From Elsinoe ampelina (lineage: Eukaryota), in NCBI GenBank assembly GCA_010093995.1, contig ML992501.1, forward strand, positions 2,996,489 to 3,060,488: a DNA stretch of 64,000 nt, written 5' to 3'. This document shows, one piece after another, positions 11,099 through 23,990 of this stretch; position 1 is the stretch's first letter; every line of letters begins with the position of its first letter. A program made the translations under genes and the position numbers. The notes under the pieces are model-generated. The model saw only the letters and a list, made by a program, of their open reading frames with translations, was not told the origin of the DNA and searched no databases.

Positions 11099-12908
11099 AT
11101 GGTCCGCACCACCCTCTATGGCGCGACTCTTGCTGCCATGGCCGCTTTGGTCCAGGGCATGGAAATCGACATGACCAATGTGGCATCGTCCGAGGAGTAT
11201 CTGTCCGGAAAGGTCCATGCCAGGTCCATGGCTGCGAAGATGGCCCAATGGGATTCTGAGATTGCTGCTGGTCTTATGAACAGTACCCGCTACCCGGAGC
11301 TTGGATACACCAAGTGTGTCAATGGGGTTGCTGCTGCCATTCCCGGTGACGCCAACAACACTTTTGCTTGCAACAATGTAAGACACCAAATCGTAGGGCC
11401 TGAGGCATTCATGATACTGACTTCTCTCAGATCGACCTCTACCACTTCTTGTCTCATGCTCAGCTCGGCTCTACCCAGGGTCAGGGCTCATCATCATGGG
11501 GTTGGACTCACAAGAGATCCGGCCGTGAATTCGTCGCCATTGGTCAATTCGATGGAACTGCTTTCGTCGAGATCACCCGCCGTGGTAAGATGGTCTACCT
11601 TGGCCGTCTTCCACAGTATGATGCTATCGGATCGCGCTGGAGGGAGATTCGCACACTTGGTGACTACATTGTCATTGGTTCCGAGGCCATCAAGCACGGC
11701 GTCGGCTACTTTGACATGAGGAAGCTACTCAGCATCGACCCAAAAAACCCAAAGATCTTCGACCCGAAGGCTGATCTTGCTGGCTGGTTTGGCGAACTAC
11801 CTGTCGGACGCACCCACAATATCGTCGTCAACGAGGAACTCGGATACTCCATCGCTGCCGGATCCGTCAGCGGCAACGAGACTGTCCGCACCCGCGAGAA
11901 CTTGCCATGCCGAGGTGGTCTTATCTTCATCAACACCACCGATATCAGCAAGCCCTACACCACCGGATGCGCCGCTGCCGACGGCTACGTCCACGACGCC
12001 GAATGTCTCGTCTATCGTGGTCCTGACAAGCGCTACTACGGCCGTGACATCTGCTACGGCTACAACGAGGACACCATGACCATCTACGACGTCACCCGCA
12101 AGACCGGCAACTTCACCAGCATCATCTCGCGTACCTCTTACGTCGGCGCCAGGTACATCCACCAAGGCGCAGTCCTCGACCGCAACTGGCAAGAATTCCT
12201 CGTCCTCGATGACGAGCTGGACGAGCGCGACGGCACCGAAGGTCCTGCCACCAACAAGCTACCTACCACCTACATTTTCGACATCCGAAACCTCGAACAA
12301 CCCAAGGTGACTGGCTTCTACCAAGGCCAGACCCGCTCCATCGATCACAACCAGTATATCATCGACGGGTACAACTACCAATGTAAGCACCCTTCGCCTT
12401 TCCCCCCCTTTCATCCTCCTTCTAATCCCTTCCAGCCAACTACGGCGCCGGCCTCCGCGTCCTCGACGTCCGCTCCATCCCCTCCGACCCCACGGGCGCC
12501 GGCATCTGCGAAGCCGGCTTCTTCGACATCTACCCAGAAGACGACCTCGCAGAAGGCGGCGGTCTCGTAGCCTTCCTCGGAACGTGGTCTTCCTACGCCT
12601 ACTTCAAGTCCGGGTACATCTACATCAACACGATCGAGCGAGGTAGCTTCATCGTCAAGATGACGAGCAAACGCTGCCCTGGTCAAGGCGGGGCGCCGCA
12701 GTGTAAGAATGATGCGTTGTTGAGGTTTATGAGCGCTGAGAGGAGACTGGAGAGGAGTAGGGAGTTTTGTGCGAGGTTTACAGGTGAGGCGGATAGGGTG
12801 CAGGAGGAGACGTTGGGGGAGTATGCTCAGGCTGCGGGGACGCCTACGAGGGGGATAAAGCCGAGGATCAGCAGTGCTTGTGCTTGTTTGCCGACGCCTA
12901 CTGCTTAG
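11099..12908 (+). CDS. Secreted choice-of-anchor B / LVIVD-type beta-propeller protein; introns 11378-11430 and 12383-12435
   Basis: Signal peptide (TLYGATLAAMAALVQG) and motifs GSSSWGWT, WREIR, HN, YVHDAEC, YIHQG, LDDELDE, IDHNQY, SNYGAGLR, GTWSSY..F.SG. Confidence 0.8.
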
Positions 12909-13242
12909 ATGGAGGTGAGAAGGGGGACAGGAGGGGAGAAGGGTGCTGATCAAAAGTAGATACAGTAATCTGTAAACTCTATTACGCCAGAGAGATGTGT
13001 TGTTGTGGTGCTGTCGTGTGTCCGTTGTACACTCAACATATCGAGAGTGACCTGGTCAATAATCCCTGACTGAGCCCCATATCCAGGGTCGTCAATGTAC
13101 AAGGTACTGCCTGCGTTACACAGACGTGGCCGAGAAGTCTCCCTGTCGTCCCTTCTTATGCACACACACCGTTTTGACCATCCGACACCCAACCCTGTCC
13201 ACCGCCGCAGCCCTCTCCCTCATGCTCCTCACCCCCTCATCT

Positions 13243-13791
13243 CTACCGCACCACCTTCCCCCCCTTCGCCGTCCAATCCAACCAACTCCCCGCGTAATCC
13301 CCGACACTACTATACCCCGCCCTCTTGGCTAATTCCGAAGCCGCCTTACTCCTCACCCCAGCCCGGCAGTAAAACACCGTCTCAGCGTCCGTCGGTGGCT
13401 TTGCGAACCCAAAACGGTCCTCGAACTCGTCTTCGGGAAGCAGGAGGGCGTCTGGCTGTGACTTTACGGGGATGTTGATCGCGTTTGGGATGTGCCCCTC
13501 TGCGAACTCGGAGGGTTCGCGGACGTCGATGAGGACGGTGTTGGGGGTGGGAGCGGAGGCGAGGGATTGCACCTGAGGGAGGGGGGTTAGTGGGGGTGGT
13601 AAAGGGGAGGGAGGGGGACGGACTGCGTCAAAGTCGAAGGGTTTGGAGAGGAGGGGGTTGCAGGAGGAGAAGGTCCGGGAAGGCGGGGTGGGGAGTTGTG
13701 CTCGGAAAGTGCTGGGGCGAGCAATTGGTCCGACGATAAGGCGTGTTGGTGTTGAGGGTATAGCCCTCGAGAGTGGCCGAAGGAACGACAT
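13243..13791 (-). CDS. Mitochondrial single-domain rhodanese / thiosulfate sulfurtransferase (Rdl2-like); intron 13573-13623
   Basis: Presequence plus LIDVREPSEF.EGHIP.A.NIP, FYCRAGVRS catalytic loop and Y.GSWLDW. Confidence 0.9.
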   Translation of the reverse strand: MSFLRPLSRAIPSTPTRLIVGPIARPSTFRAQLPTPPSRTFSSCNPLLSKPFDFDAVRPPPSPLPPPLTPLPQVQSLASAPTPNTVLIDVREPSEFAEGHIPNAINIPVKSQPDALLLPEDEFEDRFGFAKPPTDAETVFYCRAGVRSKAASELAKRAGYSSVGDYAGSWLDWTAKGGKVVR

Positions 13792-13990
13792 GTTGTGGGG
13801 TGTGATTGTATTGTAGGATTGAGAAAGAGCTGTAGCCCGTGTCGGAGGTGAAGGTGACCTTGAAAATGACGCAAGAAGTTCAAGCTTCGGTGGCGCTTTC
13901 ACGTCTCGCGTGCCACTTTACGCGTTCCATCTTCACACTGTGGTAGCATCCGTGGTAGTATCAAAACGATATGGACTAGATAACATCTAA

Positions 13991-16900
13991 ATGGCCAGTA
14001 TCAAGGCCATAGCAGCCAGCTCTGTCAGTCTCGTCATCTCAGGATCACTCATTGAGAATCTAATGGTCATGTACAGGTCCATCAAATCCAGTCCGGTCAA
14101 GTCATCGTTGATCTCACCTCGGTTGTCAAAGAACTCGTCGAAAATGCTCTAGACGCTGGGGCGACTTCGATAGGTAGGCTTTGCGTCTTCCCTGATAAGC
14201 CCAGCGACTTACGATATCAGACGTCCGCTTCAAGAACAATGGACTGGACAGCATCGAAGTCCAAGACAACGGCAGCGGCATCACCCCTGAGGACTTTGGG
14301 ACAGTAGGTCAGTATTCTATCACTGCTGAGCCCACTACCGCTGAACAATGCAGCTCTTAAACACTTCACTTCCAAATTATCCACCTATGATGACCTGGAC
14401 AGCCTGGAGACTTTCGGTTTCCGTGGCGAAGCACTTTCCTCGTTGTGTGCATTGTCCGACTTCCATATTACCACCGCAACGGCAGGCCCGAAGGGCTCTC
14501 GCTTGGAGTTTGATGTTTCTGGCAAATTAAAGGGCACAAGCGTCGTTGCCGCAGTGAAAGGAACCACCATCTCCGTGGAGAAGTTGTTCAAGAATCTTCC
14601 AGTCCGGAGACATGAGCTGGAGAAGAATGTCAAACGCGAGTACGGAAAGGTTCTCAACTTTCTGCAAGCGTATGCATGCATAAGCGTCAACGTACGATTC
14701 TCGGTCTCGAACACACCAGCAAAGGGTAAGAAGACGATTGTTTTCTCCACAAAGTCAAACCCAACAACCAAGGAAAACATCGTCAATGTCTACGGAGCAA
14801 AGACACTGTTCGCTCTGGTCAGCATGGATCTGGACCTGGAAATGCAGCCTTCGTTCCGCCCGCTGGGGGGTTCAGCAAAGAAGGGAGCAACACAAGTGGA
14901 TAGTGCTTCGCGGAAGATGAAGATACAAGGGCATATCTCAAAACCAATCTTTGGCGAAGGACGTCAGGCACCTGACCGACAAATGTTCTTCGTCAATTCG
15001 CGACCTTGCCAGCTACCACAGGTGTCAAAAGCCTTCAATGAGGTGTACAAGAGCTTCAATGTTTCACAGTCGCCTTTCATTTTTGCCAACTTGATCATGG
15101 ATACTAATTCTTACGATGTAAACGTCTCGCCAGACAAGCGGTCCATACTCCTGCATGACCAGACAGCCCTTCTAGAGTCCCTCAAAGAGTCTTTGACAAG
15201 TCTGTTCGAGCAACAAGACCAGACAATGCCTGCTTCTCAATTGCAAGCCAAGAAATTGCCTGGATTCAAACAGCCGACACTTTTCCGATCGGACACATCT
15301 CGAAGCTCGGTCTCGGAGGTAGAGCCACGAGCAGATAGTGGTCCAAAATTTGCAGATTCAACACCTGAAGACCGTACACAACTTCAGCCTGGTCAACTCA
15401 TCTCTGGCTGGGTTGGCAGAGATGCGCAAAGCCGGGTTGGCACACAGGATGCGATAGCGGATGCAATGAAGGAGAAGAAGAAGTCTGAATTCCAAAAAGC
15501 ACTCGCGAAAAGCATTGGAGATGGCAACGACGACGCTTTTGTGGGGACATATGCACAGGATGAATCTCTGCACGATGAAGCGGATGTCGAGACAAGCGAA
15601 GCGTGTATCGATGACGAGCAAGAGCTTTCACAGCTCACACCACCACCACCTGTGCCACGGGAAGTACAAGATTTCAATGCTCGAATCTTGAGTCAGAAGA
15701 CGAAGCAGTCTAGACTGCCGCAAAGAGTCACAACTGAGACGATGGAGCTCGATGACGGACAGTCCGAGGATCCCAGCTCGGCTGATAGTATTGATCGAAG
15801 CGATCCCGAACACATTCCTGCTATCCGGCCAGGACAACACAAAGTTCCTCCTGGTCCTGTACAGAATGCATTCGACCGTATGCGACCTAAGCGTACCCAT
15901 CCAGAATTGGCCACCGTGACTGTGGGTGATCGGACGCTGACCATGACCTTGGAAGGTCCAGAGTCGAAGAGACGCAGGATGCATACTCCAAAGATGACCG
16001 GCAAGATAAAGGAGATACCGCAGAGCTCTGGCTTCACTAGTGGTCTGAAGATGTTTGCTGCTGCTGGGTCACAAATGGCTGGGGAGGCTCGGGCGCACTT
16101 TGGTGCAGAAGATGAGGCCGAAGAGGTCGAGAATGACGACGTCGAGGATGTCGAAGACGACGCAGATGAGGTTGAAGATGACGACGAGGACGAATCAGGC
16201 GACGGTCCAGGTGATAGTGGCGAAGATGAATCATCACCAATGACCGAAGAGGATGATCTGGCCAACGGACTCGCCTCAAGCGCTAACTCGGCTCACAATC
16301 ACGACTCGCCAGAGACTGGACCATTCGTGGAGGCGGACAACTCTGACGATGAATACCTAGACGAGGATGACAAGAAAGCCAGGGAAGAAGCAAAAGTGGC
16401 CCGCATGATCCAAGAGGCAGAAGAGGCTGCTGCAAAGCCCAGCGAAGAGGCACTTAGGAGAGCCAGTCAAGTATTGCGGTCCAATTTCAGAAGGAAAGAC
16501 GCTCCGTTACAGCTCCAACAGACCTTGTCACTCTCCCTCGCGGATCTCGAGGCAGCAGAGCCCGGCTTTTACACTCGACATGCATCTCTGAGAAGGCAAA
16601 AATCGACGCCAGGAACAAAGGCTGACGATATTGGATCAGCGAATGCGGAAGCCAAGCTGTCTCTTACAATCTCAAAGCCAGATTTTGCAGAGATGCGCAT
16701 CGCCGGGCAATTCAATCTTGGCTTCATCCTAGCAATTCGACCTGCAAAGACTCCGGACGATCAGGACCATCTCTTCATCATCGACCAGCATGCAGCAGAT
16801 GAAAAGTTCAACTTTGAGCGATTGTATGCAAGCACGAACCTCACACCCCAGCGCCTAGTAACACCGAAAGACCTTCAGCTCAGCGCAGTCGAGGAAGAGT

Positions 16901-17511
16901 TGATCTCCGCCAACTCCGCCAGCCTGCTAGCAAACGGCTTCGAGATTGATGTAGTCGAGCCAGATGACGGTGCCGAAGACGCATCCGACCCCTTCGACAA
17001 CACCGCGAGCAAAAGAAGACAATTCCGTCTCCTCACCCTCCCCACCAGCAAAGAAACCACCTTCTCCACCAACGACCTTGAAGAACTCCTCCACCTCCTC
17101 TCCGAATCAGCAGGATCCGCTCTCCCACCCTCTCTCCCGTCCTCGCTCTCCACCCCTTCATCCCTCACCTCCTCCTCCTCCTCCTCGTCCACCACCCACC
17201 CCTTCCCTCTAACCCGCCACTCCTCCCTCCCCCTCTCCCTCCAGAGCACAACCATCATCCGCCCCTCCCGCGTCCGCAAAATGCTAGCCATGCGCGCCTG
17301 CCGCTCCTCCATCATGGTGGGAAAAAATCTCACGCAGGCACAGATGGGGAAAGTGGTGAGGCACATGGGAGAGATGGAGAGGCCGTGGAATTGTCCGCAT
17401 GGGAGGCCGACAATGCGACATTTGGCTGGGTTGGGGGAGTGGGAGGGGTGGGATGGGGATGCGGTGGGGAGGCGAGGGGTGGATTGGGGGGCGTATGCGG
17501 CGGGGAAGTAG
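13991..17511 (+). CDS. PMS1: DNA mismatch repair MutL homologue Pms1 (PMS2-type); three 5' introns (~14024-14077, ~14173-14220, ~14308-14353)
   Basis: Spliced N-terminus [42 protein letters not shown]; endonuclease motifs [19 protein letters not shown]. Confidence 0.95.
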
Positions 17512-17915
17512 GCTGATGTGGAGGAGACGGGGGAAGGGGCAGGAGGAGGGGCAGGGAGGGTAGGGGGTTTCATTTGGGGGGGAGATCGCTGGTCCGTCAT
17601 TGCTGAGATACCCTTTTGCGAGCATGCATTTCATGAATATAGATACTCTTTCTGGATTGGCGCTTCTTGCGGTGGTGCTGACGGAGTGATATGCCTGCGA
17701 TACTCATGCTCTCTCTTCCAGGCTCCTGCACGCTCACGTCAGTACTCTGCCTGCTGTACTTTCGCGCGGCGCTGCACTGACGGTCCCACCGTTGAAGCTC
17801 CCTTGACTATGACTTCTCGCTACTAATCTTTGCACTCATGCTCAATGACTGCGCTACCACTCTCTACACCACAACTCCCCGTACAGTCACGTCCCGTACT
17901 TGTCCCTTCCACGAA

Positions 17916-19463
17916 TCACACAGCCCTACCCTCCTCCCACCCGCCCGCAGCGTTCCTCTCTGCCCTCCTGTTCTCCCCCACCCTCGCCTCCCTCAACGCA
18001 ATAATCGCCTCGATGAACCTAGCAGGCAGCGCCCTGATCCCATCAAGCTCGACTCCCCTCCCCTGTCCCCCACCTTCTTCCCTACCCTTGTCCCTCCCCT
18101 CCTCGCTCCCCCTCAGCTCCCCACCAGCGATCCTCCCCTCCAATATCCTCCCACCAGTGACAAGGTAAGACTCCTCGAACGCATCCCATAACTTCTTCTC
18201 CAGCTGGTTTTCCCTCCAAGGACCAGGGCGAGGGTAGTAAGGATCGTTCAGCCAGTGGACTCTTGCTGCCTCTTGCATCCCGCCAACCGTGAGGGGGAGA
18301 GGGAGGGAGCAGTTGAAGTCGAGGAGCCAGAGGGCCATTTCACCTTGGCTCTCCGTGCCGCCGCTATTGCCAGATGATGTTGGGCCAGAGGGCGAGATGC
18401 CAGACTCAGGGGCGTGTTGAGTAGTTTGCAGGCTGGAACGGGGTCTGGGAGAGGTTGTATCGGACAGATGTAACCCGTCCATCTGACCTTCCAGACTGGC
18501 ATTCCTGCCAGATCGTAAGGCGGCATCGCCATCTTGAGACCCAGTCCCAGCGACCGTACGAGGTTCTGGCGGTGTAGTTCCCACCACTCCCAATACAAAT
18601 TCCACATCTCCCGCCTCGTGTTCCGCTGCGAAATGACACGCCGCCAGTGCTTCACCCATACCTCCCGCCCACTTGACCGCCTCGTCCTGCAAGCCTAACT
18701 TCTCGATTCGTTCCAGCCTGAGTCCAAAGTTGCGCAGCGTGAAGCTCCTCCGCGTTCTAGGCCTCTCGCTCTCTCTTTCGCCTTCGGCTGGGGAGGTGGA
18801 CGTCGAGGTAGAGCTAAAGTCTCGCTTCCCGAGGTAGATCCTGAGGAGGCAGTCGCGGTCTCGAGGGGAGGAGCTGATGAGTGGTTGCAAGGGAGAGGGG
18901 CAAAAGGTGGATATGAGGGCTTCTCGGAGGGGGGTGGGGAGGGGATGGATGCGCTCGGAGAGGAGGACGGGGTTGATGATCTTTGATATCCCGGATTGAG
19001 TGTTGGTGGAGGAGCTGGGGTGGATAATGGTGCCAGAGGTACAGCTATTTGGCTCTCTCTCTGGTGGAGGATGCTCGGCGCGTTCTAGGCCTTCGACAAC
19101 GGCGGGAGGGAAGAGCTGCTGGTGCGAGGACCAGAAGTTTGCTTGTACGGAAGTGGGAGGGTAGAAGGCAAGAGGTCGGGGGACGCGGACAGAGGTAATG
19201 TTGTGTTTGGCGAGAGCGTGGTAGGTGGTAGTGTGATGCGTCCAGTCATTGGCGAGGCCGTCACGGCGGTGGAAGTATGGGTGGAGCACTTTGACTACGG
19301 AGTGCTCGGTCGATGGACGGGCGTAAATGGCACCGCACTGGCCTATGCCAATCTGGCGGTATGTGCGTGGAGTAGAAGAAGTGGGCTGATCGATGTTGAT
19401 TGATGTCCCCGGCACCAGATTGTAGCGAAGGAGGGCGATAGGATCTTGGGCGGGAGGACTCAT
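17916..19463 (-). CDS. DUF3669-type protein with a kinase-like N-terminal Gly loop
   Basis: IGIGQCGAIY, VVK, LLSERI.PLP, CL.RIYLG, DVEFVLG, WLLDFN and NDPYYPRP motifs. Start ATG taken as MSPPAQ. Confidence 0.75.
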   Translation of the reverse strand: MSPPAQDPIALLRYNLVPGTSINIDQPTSSTPRTYRQIGIGQCGAIYARPSTEHSVVKVLHPYFHRRDGLANDWTHHTTTYHALAKHNITSVRVPRPLAFYPPTSVQANFWSSHQQLFPPAVVEGLERAEHPPPEREPNSCTSGTIIHPSSSTNTQSGISKIINPVLLSERIHPLPTPLREALISTFCPSPLQPLISSSPRDRDCLLRIYLGKRDFSSTSTSTSPAEGERESERPRTRRSFTLRNFGLRLERIEKLGLQDEAVKWAGGMGEALAACHFAAEHEAGDVEFVLGVVGTTPPEPRTVAGTGSQDGDAALRSGRNASLEGQMDGLHLSDTTSPRPRSSLQTTQHAPESGISPSGPTSSGNSGGTESQGEMALWLLDFNCSLPLPLTVGGMQEAARVHWLNDPYYPRPGPWRENQLEKKLWDAFEESYLVTGGRILEGRIAGGELRGSEEGRDKGREEGGGQGRGVELDGIRALPARFIEAIIALREARVGENRRAERNAAGGWEEGRAV

Positions 19464-20176
19464 GGTTGTCGTGCCATCCAAGGGTTTTATGTCGTCTAGG
19501 AGTGGCTAGTTGGACGGCAAATAATACCTTGTCCGTTGCTTTCAATCCTGAGCGGATTGGCAAGGTCAAATTGATATCAAATTCGATGTAGTCGGTGTAT
19601 GTTACGACAACAGCGAGAGAGGAAGATCAGAAATCTTGACAGTATATTGAAGCGCAAACAAGCTTCGCACTCAAGGTCATGGTCAAAAGTAACTTCACGA
19701 GAGTCTCATCAGTCATAGACCGCATGATGGTCAACTGCGTCCCAACCAAAAGAAGAAGGAGAAATCGCGGGCAAGGGCAAAGGTATCTGTTTCGATCGTC
19801 GATACCACCGGTTCACGGCATTGTCATTGTAGTCAATCTGCCTGAAAAGAAGAACGATCCTGGCAGGGAAATATCATGGTGTTGAACTTTGCGGAAACCG
19901 ACAAAGATTACAAAATCAAGTGGCGACATCACAAATCAAGTCACGGGATCTGCATATCAAACACCTATTCGTACACTTTCATTTGTCCTCAGCTATCTCA
20001 GCCATCACAAAACTTTCCCGGTCGCTCTTCATCCTAGTAGTATCTGCCGTATTGTTTCGAGCGGGTATAAGTAATGTACAAGTGCTCTCGAATTAGGAAG
20101 CAGTCTTTTTTTCGTCATGAAAGCGGTAGCCACTTCACCAGCACTATTCCCTTCAGCTTCACAGCGTATGACTCGA

Positions 20177-23061
20177 TCACTCCTCCTCGGAGCTCTCACT
20201 GTCCTCGTCTCCCGAGCTGTCGTACTGCGCAGCGGGGGCGGCTGGACCACCTGTGATGCCATGCTTCATGCCCTCGATCTTGGCATTCAGCTGGGCGATG
20301 CGATCCTCTTGCTCCTTCTTCTTCATCGGCTTGTGCTTCTTGCGTGCACCTCCACCCTTGGTCAAGCGCTCGGGTTCGTAGTCATCGTCGATACCAAAGT
20401 CCTCGTCTTCAGCATAGACCGGCTTTGCCTTTGGGAAGATGGAACGGATGTACTTGAGCAACTTCAACTGGACGTCGTTGGGGAGATCGTCCAGGTCAAG
20501 CTCGACATCTTCACCAGCCATGTTCTAGACTCTGTCAGTAAGGATCTTTCCATGAGATGTTTGTACACTTACACTGTACTTTGACACGTTTTGGGTGATA
20601 ATGTCAGTCAGTTGCTGGATCTGAGCCTCATTCATCTTCTCGGTGGCATTGGAAATTTCCTGCTTCTCCTCATAACTGACAAGCTTGGGCTTCTTCGGAG
20701 CCTTTGCTTTGGCGGTTGGCTTCGCAGGTGCTGGGGCGCTGGCCTTCTTGGCCTTGGTGACTCCACCACTGGTTCGACTCTTCTTCTTACCGCTGGCTTT
20801 GGGCGAGTCGCGCTTGGCGGCGCCAGAAATCTGACCGAGCATATTCTGCATGGACTCGAGCTGTTCCTTGAGCGCACGAATGGTAGCCTCCTTCTCGTCC
20901 TCCTCTGGCTCTTCTTCCTCCGATGACTCGGCGGCGTCAGACTCGTTGTCCGAAGCAGGTGTTACGCGCTGCGAACGAGGCTGATGCTTCTTGACCCACT
21001 CGTTCTTGTTCTTCCACAGAGCCTCGAATTCGCCTTGGAGCGTCTTGCCAGTCTGGTGCACTCCGTTCTCAGGTGGGTTGAATTTGAAGCAGTTGTGGAA
21101 GATCAGATCAAAGTCGGCCTTGAATTCTTCTGCCGCACCGTACTGGCCATTCTTGAGCTTGTTGGTGATGGTTTGCATGTCCATGGGCTTCTTGATGACC
21201 TGGAAATAATGAGGAATATTGAGTGCGACCGGATCGACGGGTTCGCGAAAGTAAATTGTCATGTGATCGTAACGGGGTTTGCGCAATTCGCCCAGAATAT
21301 GCTCGCAAAATTTGAGACCAACTTGATTTTCCTTGCGCTTAGGTTTAGAACCGGCATAAGGAAGATCGCGGGGTGGCGGTGGGACAACAGCACGCTTGGG
21401 GCGGCCTGCTGTCGAATCCCTGCGAATCTGAGGAGTTCCACCAGGGAGCAGCGCAAAGGTGTCGCCAGCTCCAGGAGAGCGTGCAGAGCCAGGACCGGCC
21501 AAGGGAGCAGATGCTGAAGCTGCGGCTGTGCTCACCGGAGGAGTCGGCAACACACTCGCGCGCGACTCTCGTCGTGGTTGTGGCTTGGCAGCTGGTGAAT
21601 CCTTCTTGACTTTTTGGGTGGCTACTGCAGCTTCTCCAGTTGGTACACCATCCATCTGCTTCAGGAAATACGCTCGTAGAGTTTGCGCTTGTACCGAGAC
21701 AGCATGTGCGGGTCCGTTAAAGGTAAAGCAATTGTTGACCATGAGTTCAAAATCATTGACAAATGCCTCCAAAGAAGAGTACTGATCCGTCTTCAGCTTC
21801 TGCTCCATCGTACCAAGATCCATGGGAACCTTGATGATGTTGGGATAATTCGGGATGTTGAGGGCCATGTAATCGACCGGGCGGAGAAAAGGAATTGCCG
21901 ATTTGACTTTCTTGGTATTTTTGATTTTCTCCTCCAAGGTCTTCTTTTGAAGCTTTGTCAATGGTTGGCTGCTGTATGACGAGCGCGCGGGTAAGTGACT
22001 TGTCGCATTGCCATTCACCGCCGGGGCTGCTTGTGACACCGCTTCGGAAGTAGCTACAGGAGCCTCAGGCCGCTTGAAGTCATCCGAAACAGGCGTCTCG
22101 GCGGGAACAGACGAAACAGGCTCGTCTAGACGGGCGCGCTTCGCAGAGGGTTCGTCGGTGGATTCTTCCTCTTCACGAGGCCGTGTGAGACTTGCGGTCG
22201 AATCCGCCATATGAGTGTCGATTTCTTGAGTGTCTAATTTCGGGGCAGGAGGTGTCTCGGCGGCGACAGGAGGTGCGGCAACAGCAGAGAACGAGTCGGT
22301 AGCAGCAGATGTAGATGTCGGAGGAAGATCGGTAGCGCTTGAAGCTTCTTGAACAAGCGGAGTTGCTTCAGCTTCAGCTGGTGCCTGATCCACAGGCAAC
22401 GACTCAACTGTGGCGTTCACGGGCAACTCATCATCGCCACTCACACCATTCGTGACTGGGTCGTTCACTTCGGGCGCAGGGGTATGCTGCTGTGCGGATT
22501 CTGGAGCAGACTCTGCGGGCGTTGGGTCTGATATGACAGCTGGCGCATCCATCATGGTCTCATCCGGGGTCTCCGTTGAAGCGGTTGCAGGCGCAATTGG
22601 TTCTGATGAAGGGGGGCCAGATTGATCAAGCTTCGCATCAGGAGGAAGAAAGTCGGCGACCCCGGAAATGCCGGCTTCTACATGTTCGGTAGGTTCTTGA
22701 GTCACTGGTTGAGGATCGGGTGCAGGTATCGATGTGACTTCTGAGGCGGCAGCAATACCATCAGTGGTCGGCTTGACAATATCTCCACCTTGAGGAACAT
22801 TATCTTCTGGTGGCGTCGGATTTACATCGGGCTGAACATTTCCATTCGTGATAGGTTGATCTGGTTGATCCGACTGCATCAAGTCTGCGGATGGTTGCGC
22901 CGGCGGAGCTGACGGACTGATTGTATTAGATTTGATGCGCGCAGTATTCGGAATACATGAAGGTGATGATTGCGCAGCTTTTGGTGATGGAAACATGAAA
23001 AAAACATGGAAAGTGAAGTGGCGATGAGGGGTGGAAATACTCACGCTGAGGCAGCTTCCAT
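20177..23061 (-). CDS. BDF1: BET-family double bromodomain + ET protein; 17-nt first exon, introns ~23044-22919 and ~20573-20527
   Basis: Two bromodomains (PFLRPVD..ALNIPNY...PMDL..NCFTFN; F.EPVDPVALNIPHY..KPMD..NCFKFN) and ET domain (SYEEKQEIS...ELDLDDLP). Exon 1 MEAASA splices in frame. Confidence 0.93.
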
Positions 23062-23990
23062 AGCTCGGCGAAGTCAGACGCGTGTGAAAGGTCGCGTGTC
23101 GGCACAACAAGACCGCGCGAATAGCTATCCTTTCTCCCTCCTAAATGAAATAGATCTGAGCGCGATCGGGTGCAATTCCAGAAGTGTTTCTGAAACACAA
23201 GATGGACCAGTAGAATTATTAAATTTGCAGAATTGTCGAGGTGGAATTTTGTTTCGGTTCGGAGGTGATCGCGCGGCGGGAGAGAATATGGATCTTTTTA
23301 AGGTAGGAAGGAAAGGTCGCCAATAAATGGTGGTGAAATCAGATCAAAAGACGCTAGGGCCAACTCAGTTAGTGTCCGGCGCTACCATGTCTTCCTCCAT
23401 GGCACGTGATAGCGGCGACCTGGGAAAACGAATGTGATGCATCTCAACAAGCCATGTCTCTTTTTCACAGACATGAATGCAGTGCAGTGTTCATCCATCA
23501 ATTTGAAGCTTTATTGATGGTCTTATTGGTTTTAGGTCTGTCCAGGCTGTTTCGAGTGGCAGGAGTGGAATCACGACCCCTTTGCATGGTCACCAGGAAA
23601 AGCACAGACGACGGATTTTTTTTTTCGACAGCTTCAAGGGTTGGAGGCCGGAGACCAACGCGAATAACATGTTACTACCAGCTACCTACCAGCTCGGTCT
23701 GGCGTGATGTGCGATAGATAGGTGTGCCATGTCACTCCCGCAACTACTGTAAATGCAATCAAGCACATCGCCGTCTCAAGTTCTAGCTGCCTGCTACAAA
23801 GAAGAGATCATCTTCAAGAGCTTAAAATTCTGTCGAAAAAGCCACCGCTCAAGTGTGCGGTTGGTCCCGCTACTGCCAAGCCCTCGTCACTTTTTTTCGA
23901 CCCGTCCGAAAACTTCTGTCTGGGGTGGAGATGTAGAGGTCTGCTCTCCCAGCAGCACGATCCCGCGCAGAGCGTCGGCATGCTCACATA

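Noticed and set aside
6527..12908. Possible secondary-metabolite cluster around the P450
   Set aside because: The P450 is housekeeping CYP61 and there is no PKS, NRPS or terpene synthase in the window.
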